DNA from: the human T2T-CHM13v2.0 reference genome, Homo sapiens
Assembly (NCBI RefSeq): GCF_009914755.1
Contig: NC_060936.1
Direction: 5' to 3' (one strand)
Length of the DNA stretch: 64,000 nucleotides
The notes under the pieces were generated by a model. That model saw nothing but the letters and a program-made list of their open reading frames with translations, was not told where the DNA came from and made no database searches. Below, piece by piece: positions 1 through 26,935 of this stretch (the first letter of the stretch is position 1; the number at the start of each line of letters is the position of its first letter). Position numbers and translations under genes: made by a program.

Positions 1-174
1 ACATCATGTTAGGGATTATAAGCAATCTAGAGATAATTTAAAGTACATAGGATAATGTATGCAGGTTATATGCACATGATATGCCATTTTATATCAGATC
101 CTTGAGCCGCTGTGGATTTTGGTATCCACAGGGGTTCCTGGGACCAATTCCCTATGGATGGAGAGACGACTCTA
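1..174. mobile_element. MER2/Tigger-type DNA transposon fragment
   Basis: Resembles the MER2/Tigger end (aatctagagataatttaaagt...ggattttggtatcc...gacgact). Confidence 0.7.
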
Positions 175-666
175 CTGGGTGTTTCTGGGGCATTGCTGAG
201 TGATCTAGTTTCGACTCTGTATTCTGTTGGAATCAGTTACTTGACATGAAATTTTATTCCTCATTTCTAATTCCAGAACTGTCCAACTACACAAATGAAT
301 TAAAGATGATGCTGTTTTAGTGAATAAGGTTTTACTATTTGGATATACTCAGATTAGAAAAAAAGGGCTTGAGAAAGGATATGCTGATTGTGTGGAGGAA
401 TCCTGGAATTCAGAAAAGCAGGACGAAAGAAAGGAATGAGGAGAAGGCAGGGCTAGGAGCAGCTGTACTTCGGAAAGCTGTATTTCAACATACTATTACT
501 ATTGAAAAAGAAAGGGAAGGGGAGAGGTAAAAATGACCCACTCATGCCCTGCAGAGTCTGGCCATAAAACTCATCTGGCAGTGTCTTTGTAAATGGAAGG
601 AAAATGTTTCTATTTTTATCCCACAAGGAACAAAAGATGTTTTTGTTTAAAGATTATAAATGTCTT

Positions 667-1812
<1,146 letters not shown>

Positions 1813-2124
1813 TCATAAATATCTTAAAATACTTTACTCACTATCTTCTTGGATTATTAAGGCTCAGGTAAAATGCTAAAAGGAAAAATAATTAGAAATT
1901 TTTCACAGGGCTTCAAGGCCTTTTTGAGGGACAATTACAAAAGCAAATGTAAAGAGCTTTTGCTCCATTTCCTTCAGAGGAAGGATAAAATGAGTGGAAG
2001 TACATTTCTCTATTCTTTTTAGATGTTGGCATATTTCCTTTTAAATCATTAGATGGTATTTATAAGTCTAGTAAGTATACCGCATGGACACCTTGTTCAT
2101 TGAGCTTATAAAAATTGAGAATGA

Positions 2125-8441
<6,317 letters not shown>

Positions 8442-8456
8442 AAAAATAGAGAATGA

Positions 8457-8766
8457 GGCCAGGCGCGGTGGCTTACACCTATTATGTAATCCCAGCGCTT
8501 TGGGAGGCCAAGGCAGGTGGGATCGCTTGAGGTCAGGAGATCGAGACCAGCCTGGCCAACATGGTGAAACCCCATCTCTACTAAAAATACAAAAATTAGC
8601 TGGGTGTGGTGGCAGGCGCCTGTAGTCCCAGCTACTCAGGAGGCCGAGGCAGGAGAATTGCTTGAAGACGGGAGGCCGGAGTTGCAGTGAGCCAAGATCC
8701 TGCCACTGCACTCTAGTGACAGAGTGACAGAGCAAGACTCCGTCTCAAAAAAAAAAAAAAAAAAAA
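8457..8766 (+). mobile_element. AluS
   Basis: Alu dimer with poly(A); TSD AAAAATAGAGAATGA. Confidence 0.93.
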
Positions 8767-8837
8767 TAGAGAATGAGATGTGTGCTTTAGAAGCCAGCTC
8801 ATTCCTGAGTTGGGGAGTGGTGGAAAGGCACGGAGAA

Positions 8838-9603
<766 letters not shown>

Positions 9604-9624
9604 TTACCTTAAGGATAGGCTACC

Positions 9625-9950
<326 letters not shown>

Positions 9951-10471
9951 ATGCTACTGTCGCTGTAAAACTCAGCTCAGGCACCACTGCCTTCAGTAGG
10001 CTTCTTCTGTCCATACTTTGACCCACCCTCTCCACGTCCCTTAGTCACCCTACTCCCCACCAAACAGTTAACGGTTAGCACGTAATAAATGCTCAGTAAG
10101 TGAGGATTGAATGAATGGAATGAAGCATTTTCCCTTGAGAGGACGTGTGGCCAAAAACTATACATCTACCCTTAGTAAGAACTAAAATATGTATGTCATC
10201 CTGTTAGAGTGATCTAGTTTAGATGTTAAGCAGGTACATTCTCTTATTGGAATCAAAAGGAAAGAGGACAATTGTAAACGAAGATTGTTAACAATGATAC
10301 TGACAATAATAACACCTGGCAGTGTATGTTGTCTTATGCTTTTCAGTGCACCCTAATATTGAATCTTCCTTATATTCTTATAAAATGCATAATGCAGATG
10401 GGAAATCATTAATTTTGCATTTGAAGGAATTGTGATGTGGTTACAGACAGATTAGGGTCTCAGTAAGCCTA

Positions 10472-10759
<288 letters not shown>

Positions 10760-11099
10760 CTAAATATGGGTGATAGCTTATAAGTGGCCTTGAATTGATA
10801 TGATTCCAAATTTTTGAAAAATTTTTGCTAATCCTGGTGATCAAAGGTAGAACACACACCTTTTAGACTAACTATGAAATGTTAGGATTTGGGTGAGGTC
10901 ATATGGCAATATGTTATTTAAAACTGCTAGGATCATAGTCTTGAAAACTCTCAAAGTTTACCTGGAATGGGGTCTGATTGTGGTAAATGCTCAGTAAATA
11001 TATGTTGAATGAACACAGTAGAATATGAGAGGCTGAGGAATTTAGTAGTTTATGGGACATATGGAATGAACCTATGAAAGCCTTCAAAATACAAATTTT

Positions 11100-11444
<345 letters not shown>

Positions 11445-13011
11445 TTAATGTGTATATGCATATTTAAATATAAATTTACCAAAAGAAGATAAAGACAGTA
11501 CATTAAGACAAAGAGACTATGGCTGATATTTTCAAGGCATAACATACTGGCAGCCTGCAACTCAGCTAGGGTCCACAGTGGTGTTTTTGCTGGTTCCCAC
11601 AGTATTCTTAAAAAAGTATCGCATGTAATTTACTCACAGTTTACTCCTGTCCCTGCCACTCCCTAGTGCTTACATCTAGTTCACTCACTTCACATGAGTG
11701 CAATGCTGTATTTAGCTCCTATAGATACTCGAGTTTTGAATCCTTATTACACACCTTATTTAGTAATAACGGGCATGCAATTAATTTTTCTTCAACATGC
11801 TTCGTAAGTTTTTCAGGATCACCTAGCTCCTTATAAACTTTTTAAGACTTACCTTCACCAGTTTCAATGAAACATGTATAGATTCATGTTGTTAGGTGCA
11901 ATAATATGTTTATGATGATGCACACTTTCCTTATTTGGTTCTCTGTCCAAATGTACATCACCTTTTTGAATTTGTGTCTTGTGAATTTTTGTGAATTGTG
12001 ATTCATGCATAGTTGATCATAAAGGTTAGGGGTTGTAGAAAAGGTAAGTAAATCTACTTATGCTAAAATTTTAGGTAACTGATGCCATAGGTAGGTAGGT
12101 ATAAGCGAGTGCTGTTTAAGATGATAGGATTTGACCTGTAATTTATCTGATTTGTGTCATGCTAGGTTATCTGATGACGATTTGTACTACTATGTCATGA
12201 ACCAGGCTTGGCACAGGTCTTCAATAAGAAATTATTAGATTGAGTTCAATATCATATTATGCTTGAAATGGCTGTGGATGTAGGGACAGAATTGCAATTT
12301 TCCTTTTATTAAGGAAAAACGAAAGGATTGCAAAGTTGAATTAGAAATATAATTTGGTGTTTGGCTCTAGGTAGTATTTTAAGGCAACATGAGTTCTAGA
12401 TATCTGAGTCTGTTTAACTGTGAGTCATAGTCAAGAAAGGGTAAATGTTCAACACGAAAAGCCCTTTATACTTTACAAATCCGTTTTCTTTATGTTATCT
12501 TTTTTGACTCTCACCACAATCCTGAAAGAGGTAAGAATATATTTTACTGGTTAGAGTTTTTTCCTTAACATTTCTTATTACCACACATAAATGAATGATG
12601 TCTTGAATGGGAAATGGGTCTTCTGGTTTGTACTCTACCTTCTTGGACAAATCTGAGTCTCAGTGCTGTCCTCTATAAAGGAAAAAGCTTAAATTAGACG
12701 ATGTCTAAGGTCTCTTCCTGCTCTAACCTTCTATATTTTTTTCAGCTAGTTCTGCTCCCACAAGCCATTAAGTTATTCATGATTTCTCAGTGTAGCAAGG
12801 GACGCATGGATGAAGGAAATCCACAGAGGACATTTGTTTAACTCAGGAAATACTCGTTGACTGACAAGTGTGAAGTTCTGGAGAATGAGCCAGCTGTTGT
12901 CTCTTGTGGCTTTAAGTGCTTATCTTCTGATCAGTATTACAATTTCCTGACCACGCTACATGGGTTTGAAAAAAAAATCAGTTAGGAAACTAGTGAACAT
13001 TTCATTCATTA

Positions 13012-13209
<198 letters not shown>

Positions 13210-13645
13210 TTAAAGAAAAAAGTGACATTTGGAAACCATTTCAGCAGATGGTCACACCATCAGATTTTAATTTTAGTCCCACTATTTTTACCTTAACAAT
13301 ATTACTGAAGCCCTAATATTTGCCTACACTTTATATCTAGTTTCAAAGTCTGTTTAAATGACAGAGTAAAAGGGAATTGTCTAAAATATCTGCTTAAGTA
13401 GTTGTGTATAATATGAGGCAAAGGGTTGATTTTTTTTAAGTGTTTCTGCTTACCACTTATTTGGTCTGTGACCCTGGGTAGGTCTCTGGTCCTGTTTTAC
13501 ATGAATTTAAAATAAAAATATGAATAATAGTGCCTTGCTTTTCCAAAGGGGCAGGGTGCCAGGCTAGATTATTTCCTAAAGTGGAAGTGGTTTCATCCTA
13601 TTTTGAAGCAATGTTTCATTCATTCTGTTTCAAAAGGGGAAGCCT

Positions 13646-13826
<181 letters not shown>

Positions 13827-14180
13827 AGAGGAAGCCTGTTTTTGGCTGATGTGCTTCTCTCTTGTGGTTAGAGGGTGTCTCAGCTGAAGCTGATTTTCAG
13901 CCTGGATCACAGGAGTGACGTGTGTGGCAAATCGATTTTCATAACACATTTTTCAAACTGATTCTGAACCCATATAACTTTCAGGTGAGTTAAGACTGTA
14001 TCAAACAGCTCCCTCTCACAACCAACTTGTCTTCATTCTTGAATGAGGCCCTGGTTACTGGTGTCCACTCTGTTTTCCTATCACGTCTCAAAATATGCAT
14101 GTCCACATTTATTATGGATTCCTGCAAGATGGTTTCCTGTACTTAAGATTTTCTCTTGTAAAGTTGAGGATTCAGTTGTC

Positions 14181-14371
<191 letters not shown>

Positions 14372-14641
14372 TGATTTTGATTTCTGGAAAATCTGTGAAA
14401 CTGCATGCCTCACACCCAGACTACAAAGAATATAATAAAATAATAATAACTGATAGATATATATTGAACATGTACTTGTACCTGGTCTTGTTATAAGCAC
14501 GTGCATTATTTCACAAAATCCTCATAACCTAAAATCCTACAACCCTATGACATAGCTATTATTATCATTTTACAGATGAAGAAACCAATGCACAGAAGGT
14601 TGAATAACTTGTTAGATCTGTTTTCTTATATTTAATTTTCA

Positions 14642-14893
<252 letters not shown>

Positions 14894-15167
14894 TCATGAA
14901 CCTGTGTTTTTTCCTTTTCTGCATAAGAAGCATTGGGTGGTTTTTGCCACCTGGATATGAGCAGGAGGTACCCATAGCATCCCAAATTTCAGTTCTTCCA
15001 TCAGACAGGTGTAGAGGAATAAGCAGCAGGTGGGGAGACTGCTTAACAAGTGACTGCCCTGCATGTTCTGTCTCATCTAAATTGGACCCATGTTTTAAAA
15101 CAGGCAATTGCTATAAGAAAATTCCTTCATTAGGCTTGTGTTTTTACTCACATAATCAGTTATATAA

Positions 15168-15576
<409 letters not shown>

Positions 15577-16879
15577 ATATCTGGAATTTTCAAGTCACTA
15601 TTTTAATATGATGATGGTTCTACCAAGTTGCAGGATTTTAATTAAGCTAATACATAACTGTTCTTCACGGTAGAACTCTAAACAGGACTCTAACTGATAA
15701 CAATAGTTTCTTATTTTAGGAAAAAGCCCAGTTTGATTTTTAGTTTTAACTCAGGCACTGTACCAAGAATTTCCAAGGAGGGGTCTAAAGTCCTTAATCA
15801 TTTCAGATAAGGCTGGTTGGGCTGTGGGTACCAGGCCAAGTTGACAGAGGGGAGTTATGGGCAGACAGACTAATTCTTTTCTATGCCTTCTCTCCCTTTA
15901 GCGCACCATTCACCCATCCTACCCTGTTCTCATCTGCCAAATTGTAAAAAGCATATTATTCTGTTTTGATGATAAAAGGAATACAAGTTTACTATAAAAA
16001 ATGTGAAAAAATTGCACAATATAAAAAAGAAGAATATAAAATTATTGCTAATTGCACCATCTAATTTATTCTCATTCTGGTATTTTCTTTTAGTCTTCTT
16101 TAATGTAGATATGGAAAGTATATGTAATAAATATTATAAAAGTGGGATCATAATGTATATGCAGATTTATATGTTTTTTTCTGAGCAATTTTAATAGGTG
16201 ACCTGCATATTTATTCTTTAAAATTATTGAGTCTTATCTCTAGAGCAGGGACTGTGTTAGTGCTGGGATTATAAGGGACCTGTTATAGGGTGCACAGTCT
16301 GGTGAAGGAAACTGACACTCATAAAATAATCAGACAAATAAACATAAGATTATAACTGTGATAAGTACGAAGAAAAATTGCCTACAATCTGGGGATTTGA
16401 CCCCTAAAATCTGGGGTTTGTTATGAAGATTAAAGATGGCTTCCTTCAGGAAATGGCTGTTGAGCTGAGATCAAATGAAGGGAGGCAAGAGTTTTGGGAA
16501 GAGGGAACAGCATGGGAAAAGAACCTTTTGTGGAAGAGAGAATGAAAAGGTCCTATTATCTGAGCACCATTTTTAAAATTACCCTTCTTTAGTCATATTT
16601 GTCATATACTTAATGGTATTCTTAGCCCATGTGTTTTTCTTCCATAAATCATCTGCTTGTTCATGAGCTGTCACTACACCGCCTTGATTATAATAACTTT
16701 CTGACAAGTGGCCTCTTCATTCTCTTTTTCAAAACTGTTTTAGTTATTATTGCTCATATATATATGTGTGTATGTATATGTTTTTCCTGATGATCTCTGT
16801 TAATTAAGCAAAGTCTTTGCCTTTGATTGCAAGTTTGTGGTTTTCAGAAGAATTTATACATTTTCAATGTGAATTTGTC

Positions 16880-17074
16880 GGTATAGGGTGTCGGTAAATC
16901 GGCTCTCTGTTAGCAACAGCCCTGATTTATAATATGCTTGCTGAGTACGATGTGAAATATTTCCACCCTGAATGATTTCAGCTTCCAAAAGTTTAACACT
17001 GACTGGCTGGCAAATTCTTGAATAACTTAACAATCAGCTCTGAGCTAGTACCAGCCAGTTCCAGCACATCATTG
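16880..17074 (-). mobile_element. MER63A-like hAT MITE
   Basis: Ends ...ccagttccagcacatcattg, resembling the reverse complement of the MER63 start. Confidence 0.6.
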
Positions 17075-17330
17075 ATTCCTATCTAAGAACTTGACTAAGT
17101 TCTGTTAAGATTTATTTAATGTCTTAGAAAACTTTCAGTGTTCTTAACTGATTCTTTGCATTTCACGTTGAGTATTTTCAAATAAATATTTTTGTTAAAA
17201 ATATTAAGGAGGATTTTTTGAGTTGTATTTTCTGACCAATTTGGCTAATATATATGATATATACATTATATATGTAAATTATTTTCTATACACTTATTTT
17301 GTTTCTAGTCATCATACAAATTTCTTATAA

Positions 17331-17695
<365 letters not shown>

Positions 17696-17733
17696 TCATC
17701 TTTAAATTAAAAAAAAAAAAAATCTATTCCTTT

Positions 17734-18175
17734 TGTGAAAGTTGTCAAAATCAGAATGGAGTCACAAATGTTGAAAAAATCCTGACACATACAGCCAGAA
17801 AAGGCCATGAAAAAGAGGGTTGTCATGCTTGTATCCTTCCTTCATTACAAAAACTATCAGAAAAGACTCTACAGAAACCTCAACCTTCCACAAAGGCCAT
17901 CACAACCTCACACACAAAAAGTACTTATACAAGGACATCTGCCCAACAACTGCCTGTCCAACCTCTGACTGGCATCATCCTTGCTACTGATCTTTGTAAC
18001 ACAACAATTATGTAATCCTCTTTGTTTTTTTTCCCCTTAAAATCCTTTGTCTTCCTTTATCTCTCTGAATGTGCACATAATTTACGATGGCATATGTATT
18101 CCCATTACAATGTTCTTTTCCGAATAAATATCTTTCTTTCAGAGAGCCACTCTCTATTTGTTATTTATGTTGATA
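17734..18175 (+). mobile_element. ERV1 (MER4-group, MER65-like) solo LTR
   Basis: TGTGAAAGTTGTCA...AATGGAGTCAC start, AATAAA near 18123, ...TTGATA end. Confidence 0.7.
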
Positions 18176-19668
18176 CCTTCCAATAACTGTATATCTTATT
18201 TCTGTTTCACGCATTAGTGCTTTGGTTAGAACTTTCAGAAGTTAACTAATAGTAGTACAGGGGTGGGACTAGGGAGTCTTTGCATTAATACAGATGAAGT
18301 CAGTTGTTATTTTATGATAGACAGTCTTTGCAATGTTAAGGAAGTATTGTTTTATTTTTAACTCTACAAGAGTTGTTATTATGGGGGAGCCTAGGAATAT
18401 TTCTGAAATGAGGTCTGAGACTTCTCTGACATATCACCCTTTAATTGCTGTTTTCCTTGTTGAGAACAGGTTGCAAATACTAAACCTGGTTTCCTCTTCC
18501 CTGAGCTATGGTTTCACAGCTTCATTTCATGTGGGTCTTACTCTAATGTCATCTTGCCAGAGAAGTCTTCCATGGCTATCATATCTTAAGTAGCATGACT
18601 CAGGTATGTTTGAAAGGGGGTTACTATAAATAACAAAAGAGCTTTTCTCACCCCCACCACCCAGTAAAAACAGGTGTTTTAGGAGCCAAGAATGAAGACA
18701 AAATATATTTCTTACTATATCATAATATTACATTAGTAACAATAGAAGAAATTATAATTCCCATAGAAAGAATACCAGATTCAGCTTAATTCTTCTAACG
18801 TTGAAGTTTAGTAACAGTAGTTCTCATTATCTATATAAAAACTATTTTAAACTTAAACAAAAACATGAACATACTCCAAATTCATTTAACATTGAACAAA
18901 GTCAGCATAGGATTGAAACTAAAATCTATAGTTGTGAATATAGATGAAGAAACGTACTAAAATACTAGAAATGCTAAGCCAGTTGTATACACAAAAAGCA
19001 TAACACAAATAATTGGATATGGTTAATTCTATGAATGGAACAATATTATTATAATGTACCAAATCAAAAGGTCATAGGAGAAAAACCACATGAGCATTTT
19101 AATGGATGATTAAAGTGATCATTTTAATTGATACTGATAAAATAAATACAAATTTCTAGGAATAATAATAACTATTTCAGGTCTTTCAAAATTAGAAACG
19201 TTTTTCACATGAGGTCTAGACCTCATTTAATTTCAATGAGACAGAAATTTTAGAATACCAATTAATAGAGCCTAGTCAAAGGGTTTCACATGGCTTATTA
19301 TTCCCTGAAACTGATTCAGAATTGGCCTAATTAAATATTTATTTTTTTGAAACAGATTTCATGATTATATTGCTTCTGAAACTTTCCCTTTTTAAAGATT
19401 ACAATTTAATAGTCATGAAGTATTCTTTCACAATTAAAACATCTTTTCACTGCTTTTTTATTCCCAATTTCGTGTATTTGCATGTTTGTTTTAAAAATAA
19501 TAACTAGAAGTGAAAGGCTTGTATGCTTTAATAATTTTGTTTTTTAAGTAGCAAGTGCATTTTAAAATTCTATCCTATTTTATTTGATTTAAAATGATTG
19601 ATATTTAATAGTTTCCTTTCCTTATGTTATAGTTATTCTTCTAAAGTTTGCATTAGATACTTCAATTG

Positions 19669-19980
<312 letters not shown>

Positions 19981-20766
19981 TTGTTTATTATTTTTTAAGA
20001 ACTTTTACCTTAGCACCATTTTCCTCTGTGATCTTAATTCTCCTGGCCAGCCCCCTGCTCAAGATTTCTCTACCACATTCCATTACATTAGTCCCTCACG
20101 GGCTTGCTTTCCCTTCTGCAATACAGCAAATGAATTCTCAAAGTGTTAAATATAGTTAATGGCTTAATGTGTCACTTTTTCCTTGTACCACTGTTGAATT
20201 TCATAGGGATTAATCCAAAGAAAGAGCCCTCAGATGTTAGAATAACAAGCATGAAATAACTTTTAAAAGAGATAGTAACATATAGGGCTATGTTTTTTTC
20301 TTGGAGGGTAGATTTGAGTTTATACCGCATAGTATGAAAGCTAATATTCTTGCTTTTTTTCTTAGTTCCTCTGTTTGCTTTGGACTTGCTCAGTCCAAAT
20401 ACCTGACCTCATCTGGCAACTCCCAGATGATCCTCAGTCCAAGAGTGGAGTAATAATTTGGACAGCAGCAGAACCAAGAATGATGACCAAGTCTTCTAAT
20501 GCTTATTTGGCGCTATCATAATGATTATCCATTTCTCTTTTAATACAAAAGCAAGTATTCATGGAAAATAAAATGTATTTGGAGGTAATCACTCATTTTT
20601 CCACTTCCATTCTCTGTTTACTCCCCTCCCCAAATCTATTATCTTTTTCCTGAAATTTTTTTTGCTTGTTTATAAAAACATAATAAGACTGAAAAAATCT
20701 CGGGGATCTAGTTTGGAAAGCATGTGACCCCACCAACTTTCCCTGATTTTCTCTAATATTATTTTA

Positions 20767-20946
<180 letters not shown>

Positions 20947-21393
20947 CTAGAAGAACGTGTTTGTTTACAAAGCAAATTAGGCAGAATGGGGTGCCAAAGT
21001 AAAAATTAATATGCCAATAAAATGTGTTTTGTTTCAGATCTTTGAGAAGATGTGTTGTCTTAACAAATTGAATGTCAGTACCCATTGCTTATCACACATT
21101 ATATCAATCTCATTCAACAAACTTTCCTTTGTCAGTAAGAGGCCTTGAATATAAACTTTACTTTCAAATAATATCAGGTCCACTTTCCAGGAAAGACTAG
21201 TAGATTTCCAGAATTTTTTACACCGTCAACCTCACTTTCCAATATCTCTTGGTAGAATTTTCAACAAGAAATATAGTCACCATTTCTTGGCCTGAGGGCT
21301 TTTCTGTCAGCCTCTTACTCCACCAGCAACCTCAGTGATTAGAGGAAATGAAGTGAAGTTATTTCTCAAGGGTTTGAAGTAAGGGCTACATAC

Positions 21394-21465
21394 CTTGTTC
21401 AATTCTATCTTCTGTTTTTCAGTGAAATTACCATCATTGTGCTTGAGATCTTTGAGAATCACTCG
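21394..21465 (-). CDS. GUCY2C: GUCY2C exon 14 (72 bp) RVILKDLKHNDGNFTEKQKIELNK (contains the VAIK-equivalent Lys516)
   Basis: cag|CGA...AAG|gtatgt; phase 0 to 0. Confidence 0.96.
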
Positions 21466-21587
21466 CTGCAAAAATCAATGAAATTTAGGAGACACTGTTG
21501 TGGTGTAACTCTTTACATGCATATTATAACAGTTTGTTTGTGTGTCTCACTAGACTATAAACTTTTGAGAGCAGTGACAGTATTTGA

Positions 21588-21918
<331 letters not shown>

Positions 21919-22319
21919 TGACTGATGTTTATATCCCTGGTGCCTAGTACCTGGCATATGGTAAGTTCAGTCTCGAATGTTTCTTTAAGAATGACTAAAT
22001 GGAAGGAAGGCAGGCAGAAGGGAGGGAGGGAAGAAAGAAGGATGGAAATAAGATGCAAAGCTCTCATATGAGATCGTTGTATTTCTCAGCAATGAGCCAA
22101 AATATAATACTAGGGTTGCCCTGGACTACTCTGAATATCTTTGATATTTAATTTTTCTTCCTACACTCCACCCTTCCCCAACATTCTATTTGTCTTCCAT
22201 TTTCCCCAGGATTGTGAGTTTTGTAACCCTTGAAGCAGGGCCCTGCCCATCCCTGTGAAGCTCTAAGAATAGCCCCTAGGAACAGACTGGGGACTCCCAC
22301 CATTGTGATACTGACATCA

Positions 22320-22517
<198 letters not shown>

Positions 22518-24289
22518 TCAAAGGCTGAGAGGCTCTTCCAGGTGGGCTGCATCTGTTTCCTCAATAACATGCTGGGCAAGCAGGCTTCCAGAAAAACTGT
22601 TGTAATTGACTTGCTCCCTCTCACTAATTGGACTCCAGCAACGTGTTTCCAGGTATCTACTGCGCTCATGCTTAGCTATGGGTTTCCTCCCTTCCTCTTG
22701 TGGCCCTACTTCAACCAGGGATTTCCTTTGCTCCCTTCACCCCAACCCTGTTTTTGTGGGAATTATTGCCTGTAGCTACAGATAGATGCTCTTGGGGAAG
22801 GATGCTGTACATTTGAGTTGCACACTCATGCCTAAAGGCCCAAGTAGCAATGCAAATGATAAAACTGGGCCAGGTGTCTAAGGGAAGCAGTACTGTCAGC
22901 TCTGGGTTCAGCCCGAAGTTGCTAAATCATCTTATTTATCAAAAGGAGCTGGTAATAAGAATTCTTATATGCTATCTCATGACATTTGTATGTTGGCAAT
23001 TAATTTTTAAAATGTCAAATATTGAACAAAACACACGCACACACATAGGCACTCACAACTGCAGGCCACATATGGCTCTTGGCCTTCCAGTTAATGACTT
23101 CTGGTCCAAAGACAGAGAAAAGGTTGGGAACAATTGCATCTTTTGATGTGATTCTCATAAAAACCTGAGATGTGTTATTATCTTTGTTAAAATGTACCTT
23201 ACAAGGCCATTTTGAAATGCGAGTGAAATGACTCTCTGAAGGTCCAAGCATGATGCCTGGCACATTGCAGACTAACAAATGTCAGTTATCATCATTTCAT
23301 TTTCTTCTCATTTAACAAATTAAGTATAGAAGGGTTAAATAACATTAAATGTCACATAAAAAGAGAATGGCAGAACCTACGCTTGTCTTCTTGCCTAATG
23401 CTCTTTTTATTATTTCAGACCTTGATGACATCATTTAAACTATTTGGACCTCAGTTCCTTACTGCACAATTCCAACTCATAGAAATAGCTGGGGGTTAAA
23501 TGAGACAAGGTTTGTGAAATTCTCTTGCTAGCTAAAATACTTCTCTTTTTACCCTCAAATGAATGATCATCTTGATTATTTTTTTCTGTGTTACTCTATC
23601 CCTTTGACTTTCCTGATTTCTTTTGTCTGGAATCTTTGGTCTGATATTCTGACCCTTCCTGTTCTAGCAGTGGGATGTTTGACTCTCTATTATCTCATCT
23701 CTTAGTCTTGCTTCCTTATTTCTGCATTCAGTGAGTATCCAAACTTGAACCACTACCTGTCTGGTTGTAGGTATTTTCCACCCTTGCTGACTTCGGGTGA
23801 CCTTGGGTTTTCTCCATGTCTACCTGACTCTTAGCACCTGATGAGCTCTCTGTACAGCCAATTTCTGATCCACCTGCTTCCCAGCCTGTCTAAAACTCAG
23901 AGTAACAATGATCACATGATCAAAATAATTTTGAACTTCCCTCCTTTGAGTTTACTGTCCCAAAGACCTATTTCCTTGGTCAGGTGACTCATTCATTCCG
24001 ATGAACTAATCTGTACTCATAAAAATTTTGTAAAGAAACTGACAAGAAATGGATGAATTATACTTCTAGGAATATTTATATTTTAAGAAAACATACGGTG
24101 ACACATGTTTTGGGCTTACTCCAAAAGAGAAAATATGAAATATGGGGTTTTGAGGCAGTGGGGAGGTGCTTGAGGAATGACACCAAGGCTGGACTTGTGC
24201 AGAGGTGGAGCGTGTGGGAGCCCATCTGGGAGAAGATGAGAGACAGAGGTGCACACGCTCCTTCTGAAAGTCCCCTCTCCTCTTCCTAG

Positions 24290-24665
24290 TGTTATATTAA
24301 ATAAGCAGGAGACCATTGGCATGAGGCTGTCTTTGTATTATGAGTTCCTATAAACTGCAACCTAACTTAGTATACAGACAAACTGAAAACTAATTTAGGA
24401 GTCTATTTTTGTAACAAATGGCTGGGTTTCAGCCAATCACAGGAAGCTAACTGAACAGACCATGCCCAAATAAAGCAAATGCCTAGCTGTAACCAATCAA
24501 GTTATTTGTGTACTTTACTTCCTTGTACAACCTATGAAAGCTCACTGCCCATGCTGCAGAGTGGAGCTTTCTGAACCTCTTTTGGTTTTGAGTGCTTCAC
24601 AATTCATGAATCACTTTTTGCTCAAATAAATTCTATTTTGTCTGTCCAGTGTTTTTCTTTTAACA
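24290..24665 (+). mobile_element. ERV1 solo LTR (MER57/LTR54-like)
   Basis: TGTTA...TAACA termini, perfect 4-bp TSD CTAG, CCAAT boxes and AATAAA. Confidence 0.8.
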
Positions 24666-25891
24666 CTAGGTACTTCCAGTTTGTCATTTAGGTCAACAAA
24701 TTCTCTCTTTGGAAATTCAGTAGCCTTAAGGTCATTTACACCTGACTGTGAATTACTGTTAAATTGATTTCATCCTGACACTTAGCTGAGACAGATTGGT
24801 CTTTGTGAATAGAATTTTTCTGTTGAGGTTCAGAATGCACCAGGAGGGTCACATTGGAGCATGTCATATTTCTGAAAGAAGGGAAGACCTGGTCTTTGGA
24901 TAGACATGAGGGGATTGGAGCCATTAGAGGGCAGCACACAGGACTTGGGGAGGAGGGTCAAGAGCTGGTAGAGAGGTTCCAGAGACAAACTTAAGCCAAA
25001 TGCAATTTTATTCCTGCTGATTTTAAGCAAGGAAGCATCTCAAATCACACTACACTATCAGTTTGGCCCTACTCTGAAGGAGTCCACGAATTCCCATCTG
25101 TGGAGGTCTTGGGTCTCCATATTCTCTTAATACGCTTTGGTATAAAAACTAGGATAATTATATGGTGTATGGAAGGTGTTACAATCTCTGGCTTTACAGT
25201 TAGACAGACTGGGTTTAAATTGTAGCTGTGTTCCTGGAATTTCCACCCTGCTACTTCACAGTGCTCAGGAGAAGATGAAATGGGTTAATGCATGTGGTGC
25301 ATTATAAGTGCTCAGTAAGTGTTAGCTATTATTACTTATAGTTATCTTACTCATTAGTTGTATGTGTCCCTGCACTGTTTCTTAATCTTTTGTCCTTCAG
25401 TTTCCTCATCAGCAAAATTATGATAATAAAGCTTAATTTTGGGTTCCTGTGAGGAATAGATGAGACAGCATAGGTCCTGCATTGACTGTGGTAAATGGAG
25501 TAAGTTATTATTGGCTGCTGCTATTTCCTGGTTGAAGGTAAATGTGAGCAAATATAAGCAGAGGCCTCTTTCTTCAGGAATGAGTAAGACAAGTCATAGG
25601 CCCTTAGTATGGATAGATTAGCATCCAAGGTTTAGGGGAACTCAAATGCTCTGCCCATTCCTACATCCCTTCCATGGCAAATTCCCAATATGTGTATTTC
25701 TATTCTGGATAAGATGCAAAGAACGAGAACACACCATATCTCAGCCTCCAGGGAAGTGCTCATTGGATTAACTAGTTGACATGTAGGAGAATGGAGAATC
25801 AAGGGGAAGGGAGAGAGCTGAAAATTAGAAAGCATCTAAGTCTTGCTTTCTAGAACAACTATCCCTACTTGGCACATATCCTGCAATGCTA

Positions 25892-26092
<201 letters not shown>

Positions 26093-26262
26093 TTATTAAT
26101 ATCCATGTCATTCAGCTTCTGAAGACTGGGTGAAGTTTAGAACCCTGGTATGCTCAGGTAGATATGTGTGAGGGAAGGTAGCCCAATGACAGAACACCAT
26201 GTCCTCCAAACTGAAAAGCGCTTACTGCCAGTGGACCTGCAAGGATTTCTGATGGGCTTTTA

Positions 26263-26578
26263 TAGCGGTGGCCCTCAACGTTTTTGACACCACGGACTGG
26301 TTTCCTGGAAGACAATGTTTCCATGGAGGTGGCAGGGAGTGGTTTCAGGATGAAACTGTTCCACCTCAGATCAGGCATTAGATTCTCATAAGGAGTGTGC
26401 AACATAGATCCCCTGCATGCGCAGTTCACAGTAGGGTTCACGCTCCTATGACAATCTAATGCCCTGACTGATCCGACAGCAGGGGGAGCTCAGGCGGTAC
26501 CGCTCGCTCACCCGCTGCTCACCTCCTGCTGTGCGGTTGGTTCCTAACAGGCCATGGACTGGGGTTTGGGGACCCCTG
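26263..26578 (-). mobile_element. MER1B (hAT-Charlie MITE)
   Basis: Reverse complement of the MER1B consensus, with TIR ggggacccctg. Confidence 0.85.
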
Positions 26579-26935
26579 TTTCCTAGTCTTTCTTTTCTTT
26601 TCACTTCACTTTCCTAGGTTTTTCACTAAGGCAGTCCTTCACAATACTAAAGGATTTAAACTGATGACATAGAAGGAGTGAGGAAAAAATACAGGAAAAA
26701 AATGTAAAGTTGGTGACATTGAGAGGCAAAAATGTTAATTTTTAATCCAGAGAGAATACACCAGATCCCTAAATAAGCCAGTTCCTCTTACCCATCTGTG
26801 CCTTTTCAAAAAATATGTTTAAAGAAAATGGAAAAGTACAGAGAAAATGTAACAACACCTATCTCAACTACAAAATGTTAAAAATGTATAGTTTCCTTCA
26901 GATAGTATCGGTCCCCAGATAGTGTAGGTTGGGGA